A stretch of 60,441 nt of DNA. It comes from an uncultured bacterium (lineage in GTDB: Bacteria; Lernaellota; Lernaellaia; Lernaellales; Lernaellaceae). The notes beneath the pieces were generated by a model. It had not been told where the DNA came from, did not search any database, and saw only the letters and a list, made by a program, of their open reading frames with translations. Each line of letters starts with the position of its first letter. Position 1 is the first letter of the stretch. Made by a program: the position numbers and the translations under genes. Positions 47,838 through 57,837 of this stretch are shown piece after piece. Where the stretch lies: the NCBI GenBank assembly GCA_964534375.1, contig CAZHPN010000004.1, forward strand, positions 19,120-79,560. The letters are read 5' to 3'.

Positions 47838-48593
47838 ATGAAGTTTTTTCGGCCGGTCATCGTTCTCGCGATGCTCGCGTTGGGGGCGTGCGCCTCGGCG
47901 CGGTCGCAGCCGGCCGCGGCCAGCGCCGTCGTCGTCGCCGATCAGGTCGGCCGGAGCCCGTTCGGCGAAGTCTACCAAGGCGAAAAGATCCGCGTCGAAT
48001 TCGCGATCCGCAACACGGCGCCATATCGTGTGACAATCGACAGCATCGAGAACGTCTGCGGCTGCACGGCCACGCGGCTGGAAAACGGCATTCTGTTGCC
48101 GGGCGACACGCAGTCCGTCTGGGTCGAGTTGGACACGGCGCGGCTCTGGGGGCCGCAATCGAAGACCGTCATCCTGCACACGGACGACCCCTACCGCCGC
48201 GCCATTCGCCTGACGCTCGAAGGCGTGGTCCGCGAATTGCTGCGCTTCGACCCGCGCCGCATCGACGCCCAAAGCCCCGACCCGAGTTTCAGCACGACCG
48301 TGCAGGTCGCCAACGCCGCCGACCGCGACCTGACGATCAAGGAATTGGCGATCAAACCGGCGGATCACGTTCGCGCCGCCTTCGCGGGGAGAAGCCTGCC
48401 GTTGCGCCTGGCGCCGGGCGAAACCGCAACACTGCTCGTGCAAGCCGAATTGGCGCGGCCCGGCGCACGGCTGGTCGGCGAAATTGGGCTGACGCTCGAC
48501 AAGCCGGGCGTGCGGCTCGCCTTGCCCTTCCGCATCGAACGCCACGAGCCCGAAGAGCCGACGTGGCCGGTATTCCGCAAGCGGCCGCAGTGA
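47838..48593 (+). CDS. DUF1573-domain (Ig-like) lipoprotein
   Basis: Lipobox-like LGAC; FGEV..GE, FAIRN, CGCT, ILLPG, HTDDP. Confidence 0.8.
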   Translation: MKFFRPVIVLAMLALGACASARSQPAAASAVVVADQVGRSPFGEVYQGEKIRVEFAIRNTAPYRVTIDSIENVCGCTATRLENGILLPGDTQSVWVELDTARLWGPQSKTVILHTDDPYRRAIRLTLEGVVRELLRFDPRRIDAQSPDPSFSTTVQVANAADRDLTIKELAIKPADHVRAAFAGRSLPLRLAPGETATLLVQAELARPGARLVGEIGLTLDKPGVRLALPFRIERHEPEEPTWPVFRKRPQ

Positions 48594-48844
48594 ACGCGGA
48601 TCCCAACACGGGATCGCCGTTTCATCGGCCCACGGTTCGCACAGGCCCGCGGGACTTTCGAGAAACGCATTCGAACACGCCTTTTCTTTTTTTGCCGCAA
48701 AAGAAAAACTCCTCACACCCCGCTCCGGCAAACGCTGTCAACGCCGAGGTTCCGCCGGGGGTTGTCGCGTTATTTTCGCCGGATTAGACTCTGCCCGCGC
48801 TTGAAAAAGCCGGCAATTTGCCGGCGGGCGCGGCGGCGAAAATC

Positions 48845-49657
48845 ATGACGAAACGATTCATCACCTGCGCGGTCACCGGCGCGGAAACGACCCGCGCCAA
48901 GTGCCCGAATTTGCCGATCACGCCGGCGGAAATCGCGGCCGAGGCGAAGCGCGCGTTCGACGCCGGCGCGACGATCCTGCACCTGCACGTCCGCCGGCCC
49001 GACGGGTCGCCGACGCAGGACGAGGCCGTTTTTGCCGAGGCGATTTCGCGCATCCGCGACGCCTGCCCGATCCTCATCGAAACGACCACCGGCGGCGCGA
49101 TCGGCATGAGCGACGAAGAGCGCCTCCAGCCGATCGCGCTTGCGCCGCAACTGGCCAGCCTCGACTGCGGCTCGGTCAATTTCGGCGATGAAATTCTGCC
49201 CAACAGCCTGCCGCAGATGCGCGAATACGCCCGCCGCATGCGCGCGGCCGGAACCAAGCCGACGCTCGAATGTTTCGACCTCGGCCATGTGCACAACGCG
49301 CGGCTGCTGATCGCCGAGGGCCTGCTGACGCCGCCGCACCATTTCAGCCTGGTGATGGGCGTGCCGGGCGGCGTGCCCGGCGACATCCGCTCGCTGCTGG
49401 CGCTCGTCGACGCTCTGCCCGCGGACAGCCTCTGGAGCGGCATCGGCATCGGGCGGGCCGCCGCGTTCATGACGCCGGCGAGCGCGCTGCTCGGCGGGCA
49501 CGTGCGCGTCGGTTTCGAAGACAATATTTACGTGCGCCGGGGCGTCGTCGCCGATTCGAACGCGCGGCTGGTCGAGCGCGCGGCGATGTTCATTCGCGAA
49601 ATGGGGCTCGACGTCGCCGCGGTCGACGACACGAAAAAACTGCTCGGTTTGGGCTGA
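48845..49657 (+). CDS. kce: 3-keto-5-aminohexanoate cleavage enzyme
   Basis: ITCAVTGAE, LHLHVR, TTGGA, RVGFEDN; located in the lysine cluster. Confidence 0.9.
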   Translation: MTKRFITCAVTGAETTRAKCPNLPITPAEIAAEAKRAFDAGATILHLHVRRPDGSPTQDEAVFAEAISRIRDACPILIETTTGGAIGMSDEERLQPIALAPQLASLDCGSVNFGDEILPNSLPQMREYARRMRAAGTKPTLECFDLGHVHNARLLIAEGLLTPPHHFSLVMGVPGGVPGDIRSLLALVDALPADSLWSGIGIGRAAAFMTPASALLGGHVRVGFEDNIYVRRGVVADSNARLVERAAMFIREMGLDVAAVDDTKKLLGLG

Positions 49658-49697
49658 GCGGCGGGCACAGATTTATGGGAAAATTCAATTTATCGGA

Positions 49698-49796
49698 CCC
49701 CTCACCCCTTCCCCCTCTCCCACGCTGGGGAGAGGGGAATCAGCAGCCCCTCCCTGCGTCGGGGAGGGGCGGGAAATTTCGGGAACCGAAATTTCC
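49698..49796. repeat. REP-like palindromic element (three hairpins)
   Basis: CCCCTCTCCC..GGGAGAGGGG; GCCCCTCCC..GGGAGGGGC; GGAAATTTCGG..CCGAAATTTCC. Confidence 0.65.
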
Positions 49797-49850
49797 GGGG
49801 AGAGGTCTGCGCGGAAAACCACAGCACATTTCGGCGCAACGAGGCTGATC

Positions 49851-50897
49851 ATGCAGAAAAAAGGCAATCGGTACGGCACGCATCGCGTGATCGATCCGCC
49901 GGGCGCGCTGCCGCAGCCGGCGCGCAAAATCGACAACAATATGGCCGAGATTTACGACAACGAAATCCTCTGCGACGTGATCACGCTCAACGTCGATTCG
50001 GCCAGCTTCAAGGCGATTCTCGACCGCGCCGGCGGGCGCGACGAAAAAATCGCCGAAATCATGCGCGGCATCGTCGCCGAACGCGGCAAGCACCAGAACC
50101 CGTGGACCGGCTCGGGCGGCATGTTCATCGGCCGCGTGGCGAAAATCGGCGACGCACTGCAAGGCAAGATCGACCTGCGCGTCGGCGATAAAATCGCCAG
50201 CCTCGTCAGTCTCAGCCTGACGCCGCTGCGCATCGACGAAATTTGCGCCATCCGCAAGGAAAACGACCAGGTCGACATCACGGGCCAGGCGATCCTTTTC
50301 GAGAGCGCCATTTGGGCGAAGCTGCCCGACGACCTCGACGAACGCCTCGCGCTGGCCGTGCTCGATGTGGCCGGCGCGCCGGCGCAGGTCGCGAAGCTGG
50401 TCAAGCCGGGCGACGTCGTGCTCGTCATCGGCGCCAACGGCAAGAGCGGCCTGCTGTGCCTGTACGAGGCCCGCAAGCGCGCGGGCGCCGCCGGCAAGGT
50501 CATCGCCAGCGTGCGCCGCGCCGACGCTATCCCGGTCGTGAAGAATTCGGGCTTCGCCGACGAGATCATCGTCGCCGCCGCGGACGACGCGCTGGCGATG
50601 CTGGCCGCGGTCGAGGGCGTCACCGCCGGCGCGCTGGCCGACGTGGTGATCAACTGCGTGAGCCGGGAAAATTGCGAGATGGGGTCGATTTTGCCTTGCA
50701 AAGACGGCGGACTGGTGTATTTCTTCTCGATGGCCACCAGCTTCACCAAAGCGGCGCTGGGGGCCGAGGGCGTGGGCAAGGACGTGACCATGATCATCGG
50801 CAACGGCTACACGAAAAACCACGCCGCCCACGCGCTCAATTTGCTGCGCGAGTCGCCGTATATTCAGCGGGTCTACGCCGAACGCTACGCCCGCTAA
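49851..50897 (+). CDS. kdd: L-erythro-3,5-diaminohexanoate dehydrogenase
   Basis: YGTHRVIDP, LNVDSASF, RGKHQNPWTGSGGM, LDVAGAPAQ, FFSMATSFTKAALGAEG. Confidence 0.93.
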   Translation: MQKKGNRYGTHRVIDPPGALPQPARKIDNNMAEIYDNEILCDVITLNVDSASFKAILDRAGGRDEKIAEIMRGIVAERGKHQNPWTGSGGMFIGRVAKIGDALQGKIDLRVGDKIASLVSLSLTPLRIDEICAIRKENDQVDITGQAILFESAIWAKLPDDLDERLALAVLDVAGAPAQVAKLVKPGDVVLVIGANGKSGLLCLYEARKRAGAAGKVIASVRRADAIPVVKNSGFADEIIVAAADDALAMLAAVEGVTAGALADVVINCVSRENCEMGSILPCKDGGLVYFFSMATSFTKAALGAEGVGKDVTMIIGNGYTKNHAAHALNLLRESPYIQRVYAERYAR

Positions 50898-50907
50898 GGA
50901 GATCGCC

Positions 50908-52152
50908 GTGAACGCGACCGTCAAAGCCGCCTTCTGGGACAACGTGCCCGACGCGGAATGGAGCAATTGGAAATGGCAGATGCGCAACCGCATCACCGAC
51001 GTGCCGCACCTGCGCGAGGTTTTTCCGGAGATCATGGACGTCGAGGCGGCGCAGATCGAGCGCGTGCTGGGCAATTTCCGCATGGCGATCACGCCGTACT
51101 ACGCGAGCCTGATCGACGTGAAGAATCCGTATTGCCCGATCCGGCAGCAGGCGATTCCGGCGATCCAGGAGTTGACGCAGGCCCCCGAAGACCTCAACGA
51201 CCCGCTCGAGGAAGACCGCGACGTGATCGCGCCGCACCTGACCTGGCGCTACCCCGATCGCGTGCTCATGCTGATGACCGAAACCTGCAACATGTATTGC
51301 CGCCACTGCACGCGCCGGCGCAAGGTCGGCGAGGTCGACGCGGTCTTCAAAAACGAGATCGTCGACGCGCAGATCGCCGCGATCGAGGAACGGCCCGACA
51401 TCCGCGACGTGGTGCTTTCCGGCGGCGACCCGCTGACGCTCAGCGACCGCCGCCTCGAGGCGACGCTGCGCCGCCTGCGCCGCATCCCGCATCTCGAGAT
51501 GATCCGCATCGGCACGCGTTCGCCGGTGGTCAACCCGTTCCGCATCACCGGACCGCTGGTCCGCATGTTGCGCAAGTTTCACCCGCTTTATGTCAACACG
51601 CATTTCAACCACTACAAAGAACTGACGCCCGAGGCGATGGAGTCCTGCGCGCGCCTCGCCGACGCGGGCATCCCGCTCGGCAACCAATCGGTGCTGCTGC
51701 GCGGCGTCAACGACTGCACCTGCGTGATGAAAAAGCTCGTCCACGGCCTGCTGCGCGCGCGCGTGCGGCCGTACTACCTGTATCAATGCGACCTCTCGCG
51801 CGGCATCAGCCATTTTCGCACGAGCGTCGGCAAGGGCATCGAAATCATCGAATCGCTGCGCGGGCACACTTCCGGCCTCGGCGTGCCGACCTTCGTGGTC
51901 GATTGCCCGGCGGGCGGCGGCAAGGTGCCGCTGATGCCCGACTACCTGATCACCCGGAGCGACGACCGCGTCGTCCTGCGCAATTTCGAGGGCAAGATCA
52001 CATCGTACAAAGAGCCGCAACTGGTGGAGTCGGTGCACGGCTACGACCCGGCGTGCAGCGATCCGAAATACAAGGTCCATTGGGGCCCGGCGCGGCTGAT
52101 GCAGGAAAACCACCTCGCGATCGAGCCCAATTTCCGCAATCTCGACGAGTGA
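50908..52152 (+). CDS. kamA: Lysine 2,3-aminomutase (radical SAM)
   Basis: WKWQMRNRI, RYPDRVL, CNMYCRHC, LSGGDP, GGGKVP. Confidence 0.93.
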   Translation: MNATVKAAFWDNVPDAEWSNWKWQMRNRITDVPHLREVFPEIMDVEAAQIERVLGNFRMAITPYYASLIDVKNPYCPIRQQAIPAIQELTQAPEDLNDPLEEDRDVIAPHLTWRYPDRVLMLMTETCNMYCRHCTRRRKVGEVDAVFKNEIVDAQIAAIEERPDIRDVVLSGGDPLTLSDRRLEATLRRLRRIPHLEMIRIGTRSPVVNPFRITGPLVRMLRKFHPLYVNTHFNHYKELTPEAMESCARLADAGIPLGNQSVLLRGVNDCTCVMKKLVHGLLRARVRPYYLYQCDLSRGISHFRTSVGKGIEIIESLRGHTSGLGVPTFVVDCPAGGGKVPLMPDYLITRSDDRVVLRNFEGKITSYKEPQLVESVHGYDPACSDPKYKVHWGPARLMQENHLAIEPNFRNLDE

Positions 52153-53147
52153 ACCTGCTGCGCACGATCGCGGCCGAACCCGGGCCGCTATTCATCGTCG
52201 GCTCCTGCAAGAACGCCGGCAAAACCACGTTGCTCAACTATCTCCACGCGGAACTGCGCGGCCTGACCGCGGCGCCGCTCGGCCTGGCGACGATCGGCCG
52301 CGACGGCGAGGCGGATGACGCAGTGTGGCGCCATCCGAAACCGCCCGTCGCCCTGTACCCCGGCGCGTTGTTCGTCACCGTAGCGCCGGAACTGGCGAGA
52401 CTCGGCGACGCCGCCGAACGGCTGGAGACGCTGCCGTTCGCCACGGCGCTCGGCGAGGTCGTGCTCGGCCGCGCGCGCCGGGCGGCGAACGTCGAGATCG
52501 TCGGCCCGGAGACGAACCGCCAGTTGCACGAGGCGATCGAGCGGTTGCGGGCGCGCGGCGCAGAGTTGCAACTGATCGACGGCGCGTTCGAACGGCGCAC
52601 GCAGGTCGCGGAACGCGACGGCGCCCGGCTGGCGCTGGCCGTCAGCGCGGACATTGCGCCGACGCCCGCCGAGGCCGGGGCGTGGTTGGCAGTGCAGTGC
52701 GAAGTCTTTGGGCTCCCGCGGAAGGTCGCGGGATTCGGGATTCGGGATTCGGGATTCGGGACCGGACAATCCGCAATCCGCAATCCGCAATCCGCAATCA
52801 CGCTGGGTCTCCACTGGCTCCCAGGCGCCGTCACCTGCGTCGGGCCGCTTACCGACGCGCTTCTGCCCGACGACCTCGACCGCTTCGCCGGCGTCGAACT
52901 TTTTGTGGATGACGCTACGAAGATATTTTTGTCGCCGCGCGCCTGGCGCCAACTGACGCGCGTCTGCCGGGGCGTCTTCGTCCGGCGGTCGCTGCGGCTG
53001 ATTCTCGGCGCGGCCAATCCGTGCGGCCTGCTGCGCGAGTTTCCGCCCGTCGAATTTTTTGCCGCGCTGGCCGAGGCCTGCCCGCAACTGCCGCTGATCG
53101 ATGTGGAGGCGGGGCTGCGGCGCGACCCGGCCGCCGCGACCCTCTAG
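52149..53147 (+). CDS. KamB-like P-loop protein of lysine fermentation clusters
   Basis: GSCKNAGKTTLLN, IGRDGE..D..KP, IDGA; follows kamA with an overlapping GTGA. Confidence 0.7.
   Translation: MNLLRTIAAEPGPLFIVGSCKNAGKTTLLNYLHAELRGLTAAPLGLATIGRDGEADDAVWRHPKPPVALYPGALFVTVAPELARLGDAAERLETLPFATALGEVVLGRARRAANVEIVGPETNRQLHEAIERLRARGAELQLIDGAFERRTQVAERDGARLALAVSADIAPTPAEAGAWLAVQCEVFGLPRKVAGFGIRDSGFGTGQSAIRNPQSAITLGLHWLPGAVTCVGPLTDALLPDDLDRFAGVELFVDDATKIFLSPRAWRQLTRVCRGVFVRRSLRLILGAANPCGLLREFPPVEFFAALAEACPQLPLIDVEAGLRRDPAAATL
52730..52799. repeat. Intragenic inverted heptamer repeat (GGGATTC)4...(CAATCCG)4
   Basis: Read directly from the sequence; translated in frame as GFGIRDSGFGTGQSAIRNPQSAI. 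Confidence 0.85.
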
Positions 53148-53205
53148 CATCGGCGGCCGTATCGTTTTATGATTCGCGCGGTGGGGGCATCACGAGGAGA
53201 AACCG

Positions 53206-53889
53206 ATGCGAAAATCCGTGCGTTTGCTCGCGTTGGCGGCGACGGCCGTCTTTTTGTGCAGCCTCGCGTCCTGCAACTACCTCAAGAAACATCTCGAAAA
53301 AAGCGAGACGATTTCCATCGACTTGACCCAGAGTTGGACGCCGCTGTACGCCGTTGAAATCGGCGGCACGCCCTACACGGCGCTCTGCTCGGCGAATCCG
53401 ATGACGGTCGACGACCTGGTCAGCGGCAGCAGTTACGCCTCGCTCTGGAGCGCGGTAAAAAACAATCTGACCGCCGTGACGGTGCTGGACATCGTCTATG
53501 CGACGGAGGCCAATCAGTCGGCCGGCGGTTCGGTGGATTTGTATTTGGTCGGTCAGATCCCCGCCGCGCTGCCGCTGCCCGGCGGCCTCAGCCTCAGCCA
53601 ATTGGGCATCGACGCTTCCCAATGGGAAATCGTCAATGCCGACAACCTCAGCCAAGGCGATATGGTGGCGTCGTTGCCGATCCCCGCCGCCGGTTCGAAC
53701 GTGCCCGAGTGGACCGACGGAAACTTCACCACCAACGGCCAATCGACGCTGGATGCGCAATTTCTGGACTACACGGGCAGTTTCGGCTTTTGCGTCCATC
53801 TGAACATGCCGACGCACGGGCTGACGAGCGCGACGCCCGATGTCAAATTCCAAGCGTCGACCGATGTAAAACTGACCTTCACCCCGTAA
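53206..53889 (+). CDS. Hypothetical lipoprotein
   Basis: AGGAG RBS; lipobox LASC. Confidence 0.75.
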   Translation: MRKSVRLLALAATAVFLCSLASCNYLKKHLEKSETISIDLTQSWTPLYAVEIGGTPYTALCSANPMTVDDLVSGSSYASLWSAVKNNLTAVTVLDIVYATEANQSAGGSVDLYLVGQIPAALPLPGGLSLSQLGIDASQWEIVNADNLSQGDMVASLPIPAAGSNVPEWTDGNFTTNGQSTLDAQFLDYTGSFGFCVHLNMPTHGLTSATPDVKFQASTDVKLTFTP

Positions 53890-53906
53890 GCGCACCGAGG
53901 CAACAC

Positions 53907-54944
53907 ATGAACGGTCACCTCTTGTCCCCGGCCCCTGAAAAATTGATCGACGCGGACGGTCGCCCGGTGTTCGGCAATTTCGCCGGCGCCGTGCAAGACC
54001 TCAATCTCGCGGCCTTCGATTTCACTTCACTGCGCCGCCCGCCGTGGACGCTGACGCGTTCGTGGGCCCGAAATCTGCTGAAGCGCTGGCAGTTCGTCGG
54101 CGTCGTCGACGACGACCTCGTGTTCGGCGCCGCCGTCGTGCACCTGAACTATCTCAGTTCGGGCTTCGCCTACGTCTACGATCGGCGGACCGGCAAGATT
54201 ATCGAGGGCAATATCAAGTCGCCGCTCGCCGCCAACACCCGTTTTTCGCCCTCGCCCGTCGGCGGCGCGACCGAAATTCACCAAGGCGGCCAGTCGATCG
54301 TGTTCGAAAACACCATCAATCGCGGCCGGCGCGAGGTCGATGTCTCGTTCGGAACCAAGCTGCACGCCAAGTTCGCGTACGACGAGATCGGTCCGGGCGT
54401 GACCACCTCCGTGCGGCAAGTGCTCTACGGCTTCAACATGTGCTACAAGAGCGTCGCCCTGCCCGCGGCCGGCACGGTGACGGTGGAAGGCGTCGAACGC
54501 AAGCTATCGCCCAATGCGCTGGCCCTGCTCGATTGGTCCGCGGGCACGCCGCCGCGCGAAACGATCTGGAACTGGGCCGCCGCGGCGGGCCGCGACGCCA
54601 CCGGGCGCGCCGTCGGCCTCAATTTCGGCTGCGGGTTGAACGAGTACAGCTTCCACGAAAACACGCTCTGGCTCGACGGCGGCACGCAGATGGTCGGCGG
54701 CGTGTCGTTCGCATACGACGCGCGCAATATCCTCGGCGTGCCGTGGCGGCTCACCACCGCGGACGGCGAGGTCGACTTGACGTTCCGCCCCGACCACGAG
54801 CGCTTCGAAGACGTCAACTTCGGCCTGGTCGCGAGCCGGCTGCATCAGCCGTTCGGCCATTTCGTCGGCTCGCTGGCGATCCGCGACGAAAAACTCGATG
54901 TCGACCTGTATGGGTTCTGCGAAGAACATTACGCCCGGTGGTAG
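53907..54944 (+). CDS. DUF2804-family protein
   Basis: LKRWQF, LDWSAG..RET.WNW, GLN...ENTLW.DG, QPFGHF.G, EEHYARW. Confidence 0.8.
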   Translation: MNGHLLSPAPEKLIDADGRPVFGNFAGAVQDLNLAAFDFTSLRRPPWTLTRSWARNLLKRWQFVGVVDDDLVFGAAVVHLNYLSSGFAYVYDRRTGKIIEGNIKSPLAANTRFSPSPVGGATEIHQGGQSIVFENTINRGRREVDVSFGTKLHAKFAYDEIGPGVTTSVRQVLYGFNMCYKSVALPAAGTVTVEGVERKLSPNALALLDWSAGTPPRETIWNWAAAAGRDATGRAVGLNFGCGLNEYSFHENTLWLDGGTQMVGGVSFAYDARNILGVPWRLTTADGEVDLTFRPDHERFEDVNFGLVASRLHQPFGHFVGSLAIRDEKLDVDLYGFCEEHYARW

Positions 54945-54949
54945 AAAAA

Positions 54950-54979
54950 AAGGAACAAGGAAAAAGGAAGAAGGAAAAA
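54950..54979 (+). repeat. AAGGAAN heptamer array
   Basis: AAGGAAC AAGGAAA AAGGAAG AAGGAAA, the same family as at 179 and 18434. Confidence 0.75.
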
Positions 54980-55014
54980 GTCTGCGGGCCGTCTCCTTTG
55001 CTTCCCTTGATCCA

Positions 55015-55405
55015 CTAAGCGGCGGCTGGCGCCGTGAATCTTTTCCGTAACCGTTCCCGCACATCCGGATAGATAAACGCGAAGCCGATGCCCACGCCGA
55101 AGGAGGCGCAGCCGACCGGCTGCGACTGCCGGCCGTTGGTCCAGCTCGCCGCACAACCGAGGACGGCGAACTTGGTCGGGGTCGGTCGTCGTCAAGTACG
55201 AGGGATTGGTGAACGGTTGGCCCTTCGTCGCCTGCAGCAATTGCACGGTCGCCCCGCTCACGGGTTGCTGGCTGCTGCCGTCGACAATCGTGCTCGTCAG
55301 GTCGTCCGGGCAATCCGCCGGCGTCGTCGGGCCGAGGTCGGGGCTGAACGTCAAAGTCGCAACCGTGCCGCGAAGCGTTTCCGATTTCCCGACTGCACTC
55401 GTCAT
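55015..55405 (-). pseudogene. Probable frameshifted gene fragment (carboxypeptidase-regulatory-like domain)
   Basis: TIVDGSSQQPVSGATVQLL...YLTTTDPD, after which coding-like codon usage continues in another frame (KFAVLG...GIGFAFIYPD) to a TAG. Confidence 0.4.
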
Positions 55406-55557
55406 TGTTGAATGCCCGCCGGCCACTCGCCACCCAATTTCGGCAATGCCTCGTCGGGCCGGGCTGACCACTGGCCACCGGCCACAGCTCACGGTTCCCT
55501 GTTCGCCCGAGACCCACGCAATTTCGCCGCCCAGTACGCCTGCCGAACCGCGCCGGC

Positions 55558-56673
55558 CTAATACCCGTAATGGAGAATCCGGCCGTCGGCAGAGACGGCG
55601 AACACATCCGTCGGCGAGGCGCCCCAGATGGAAGTCACATCCGCTTTTTCCGTGCATGGCATCGGCGACCACGTGGAACCGTCAAAATGAAGAATCGCGC
55701 CGGCGCCGGGCTCATGGCCCAGTCCTCCGACGACAAAAACATCCGACGGCGAACTCTCCCAAACCGCTTCGAAATCAATGCCCGGTCCGCCGCCCGTGGC
55801 GCAGGACCACGACGATCCGTCGTAGTGAATGATCGCCCCGTCGTCGGGCGTCCACCAATGACCCAAGGCGAATACATTCGAAGCGGAGGTTCCGCCAACC
55901 CCCCAGTAATCCCCCCCGAACGGTATGCCCGCAACGGCCGACCAAGACGACCCGTCGTAATGAAAAAGCTGGCTGGAAACCGCATATACGTCCGTCGCCG
56001 AGGCGCCCCAAACGCTGGTAAACGCGCTTTCTGCCGAGAACCCGGCGTGCGTCGCCGCCCACGTCGAACCGTCGTAGTGCAGAATCGTTGCCTGGTCGCC
56101 CGCGGCGAATACGTCCGATGACGAACTTCCCCATACGGCCGACAAAATCCCGGCGTCGGGGCACGGTATCGGCGACCACGTCGCGCCGTCGTAATGAACA
56201 ATCGCCGAGGGCGATGGCGTTTGGTCTTGGTCTCCCACGGCAAAAACATCCGTGGACGAAAGGCCCCATACCCCCCACAGCACCGCGCCCACGCTCGACA
56301 TGATGGACCACGCCGAGCCGTCGTAATACAAAATTTCGCCGTCCAAACTGACCGTGAACACATCCGTCGCCGAAGCTCCCCAAATGCTTTCCAGGCCATT
56401 ATTTGCCGGCACGTTCATCGCGGTCCAGGTCGGCGTGGCGTCGTCATCGTCATCGTCGTCGGACGTGGCGTCGTCGTTGTCGTCGTCGTTGTCGTTGTCG
56501 TCGTCGTCGCCCGAAACGTCGTTGTCGTCGTCCGCCGTCGCCGAATCATCGTCGTCGTCGCCGCCGAGCCGCGCGGCGGTTCCGCCGCCGCCGGAGCCGC
56601 CGCAGGTCACGAAAGCCAAAAAAAGAAACGCCGCTAACAGAAGAAACCATACGATTTGCGCCAACTTTTGCAT
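55558..56673 (-). CDS. Beta-propeller repeat lipoprotein with Asp-rich linker
   Basis: Lipoprotein-like signal (FVTC); about 7 repeats of WGxSxxDVFAV...ILHYDGxxW. Confidence 0.8.
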   Translation of the reverse strand: MQKLAQIVWFLLLAAFLFLAFVTCGGSGGGGTAARLGGDDDDDSATADDDNDVSGDDDDNDNDDDNDDATSDDDDDDDATPTWTAMNVPANNGLESIWGASATDVFTVSLDGEILYYDGSAWSIMSSVGAVLWGVWGLSSTDVFAVGDQDQTPSPSAIVHYDGATWSPIPCPDAGILSAVWGSSSSDVFAAGDQATILHYDGSTWAATHAGFSAESAFTSVWGASATDVYAVSSQLFHYDGSSWSAVAGIPFGGDYWGVGGTSASNVFALGHWWTPDDGAIIHYDGSSWSCATGGGPGIDFEAVWESSPSDVFVVGGLGHEPGAGAILHFDGSTWSPMPCTEKADVTSIWGASPTDVFAVSADGRILHYGY

Positions 56674-56723
56674 GTCGCCGTTCCTTTGCGCAGCAGTTGC
56701 GGGTTGGTTCCCGCTTATTTCCG

Positions 56724-57836
56724 TCATTTGCCCGCGTAATGCAAGATCGTGCCGCCGTCGCCGACCGCCCAAACGTCGCTCGGCGACGAACCCCAAATTC
56801 CCAAAAGTCTATTCTTCATGGTTTCATACACAATCGACCATTCGATCCCGTCAAAAAAATAGACCCGTCCGGCAGCGACTCCGAACACAGCCGCCGGACC
56901 GGACGTCCAAAGGCTAACGAGTCCCCAGCCGTCTTTAGGGCCGGATTTCAACGACCATTTGACGCCATCAAAATGCAGTAGGCTGGCCCAAATGTCCTTC
57001 GCCGACGATGCCGAGATTATTGGCAGTCCGTATGTTTCTGGAACGGACTCACGCGCCCAGGTCTTACCGTCGAAACGGACGATGGCCACGTGGCGCGCAG
57101 CATCGCGCCCAACGGCATATATGTTTTCCGGGGGGGCGCCCCAGATGGCGTTCAGTCGCAATTCGTCTCCTTTTATTTGGTCGGGGCGTCGTCCCCAGGG
57201 CAACCCGGAGAAATAGCCGTAGACTCGCGAGATGTTTTGTCCGTCAAAATGCAATATTTCACCGCCATCCGCGCACGCAATGAAAAGGTCGTTCTTCGAT
57301 GCTGCCCATATTCCCTTTTGCGCGTGCCACCATCCGGCCGTGTCTTGTTTGATTGAGAAAGGCACGAATTTGCCGCCGTCCAGGCGAAACAAATAAGGCG
57401 TCCATACCGGGGTGTCTGTACTGGTCTGCCGCGGCGGAACGTACCCGTGCTCTCGCGTCAGGCCCATTCCGTTATCCCCCTCGGTGAGCAAATAAACGTC
57501 CTTTCGAGAGGCGCCGACGATTTGTATTACGTCGTTCTTCGTCTCGGTTTCGACTTCCCGCCACTTTCTGCCATCGTAATGGAGAACAAAGCCCTCACGG
57601 CCGCCGACATAGATATCTGTCGCCGATGTTCCCCAAATGGTGTTTAACCCCCCCCCCGCCGCCGGCAAGTCGAAAGCGGTCGTGTCCACCTGTATCCATT
57701 GCCCCGGCAATTTTTTTCCCGGCGGATTCTCGCCGGCACGGGCGGTTGCCCAGCCCGGAAATATGGACCGGCCTGCTGCGAAAAGTAGCAAGATCGTGGC
57801 GATTGCCCAAGCCGCGCCGTTTTTTACGTGTCCCAT
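56724..57836 (-). CDS. Secreted beta-propeller repeat protein (paralogous repeat type)
   Basis: IWGTSATDIYVGG..VLHYDG, IWGSSPSDVWAVGDGGTILHY. Confidence 0.75.
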   Translation of the reverse strand: MGHVKNGAAWAIATILLLFAAGRSIFPGWATARAGENPPGKKLPGQWIQVDTTAFDLPAAGGGLNTIWGTSATDIYVGGREGFVLHYDGRKWREVETETKNDVIQIVGASRKDVYLLTEGDNGMGLTREHGYVPPRQTSTDTPVWTPYLFRLDGGKFVPFSIKQDTAGWWHAQKGIWAASKNDLFIACADGGEILHFDGQNISRVYGYFSGLPWGRRPDQIKGDELRLNAIWGAPPENIYAVGRDAARHVAIVRFDGKTWARESVPETYGLPIISASSAKDIWASLLHFDGVKWSLKSGPKDGWGLVSLWTSGPAAVFGVAAGRVYFFDGIEWSIVYETMKNRLLGIWGSSPSDVWAVGDGGTILHYAGK

Positions 57837-57837
57837 A

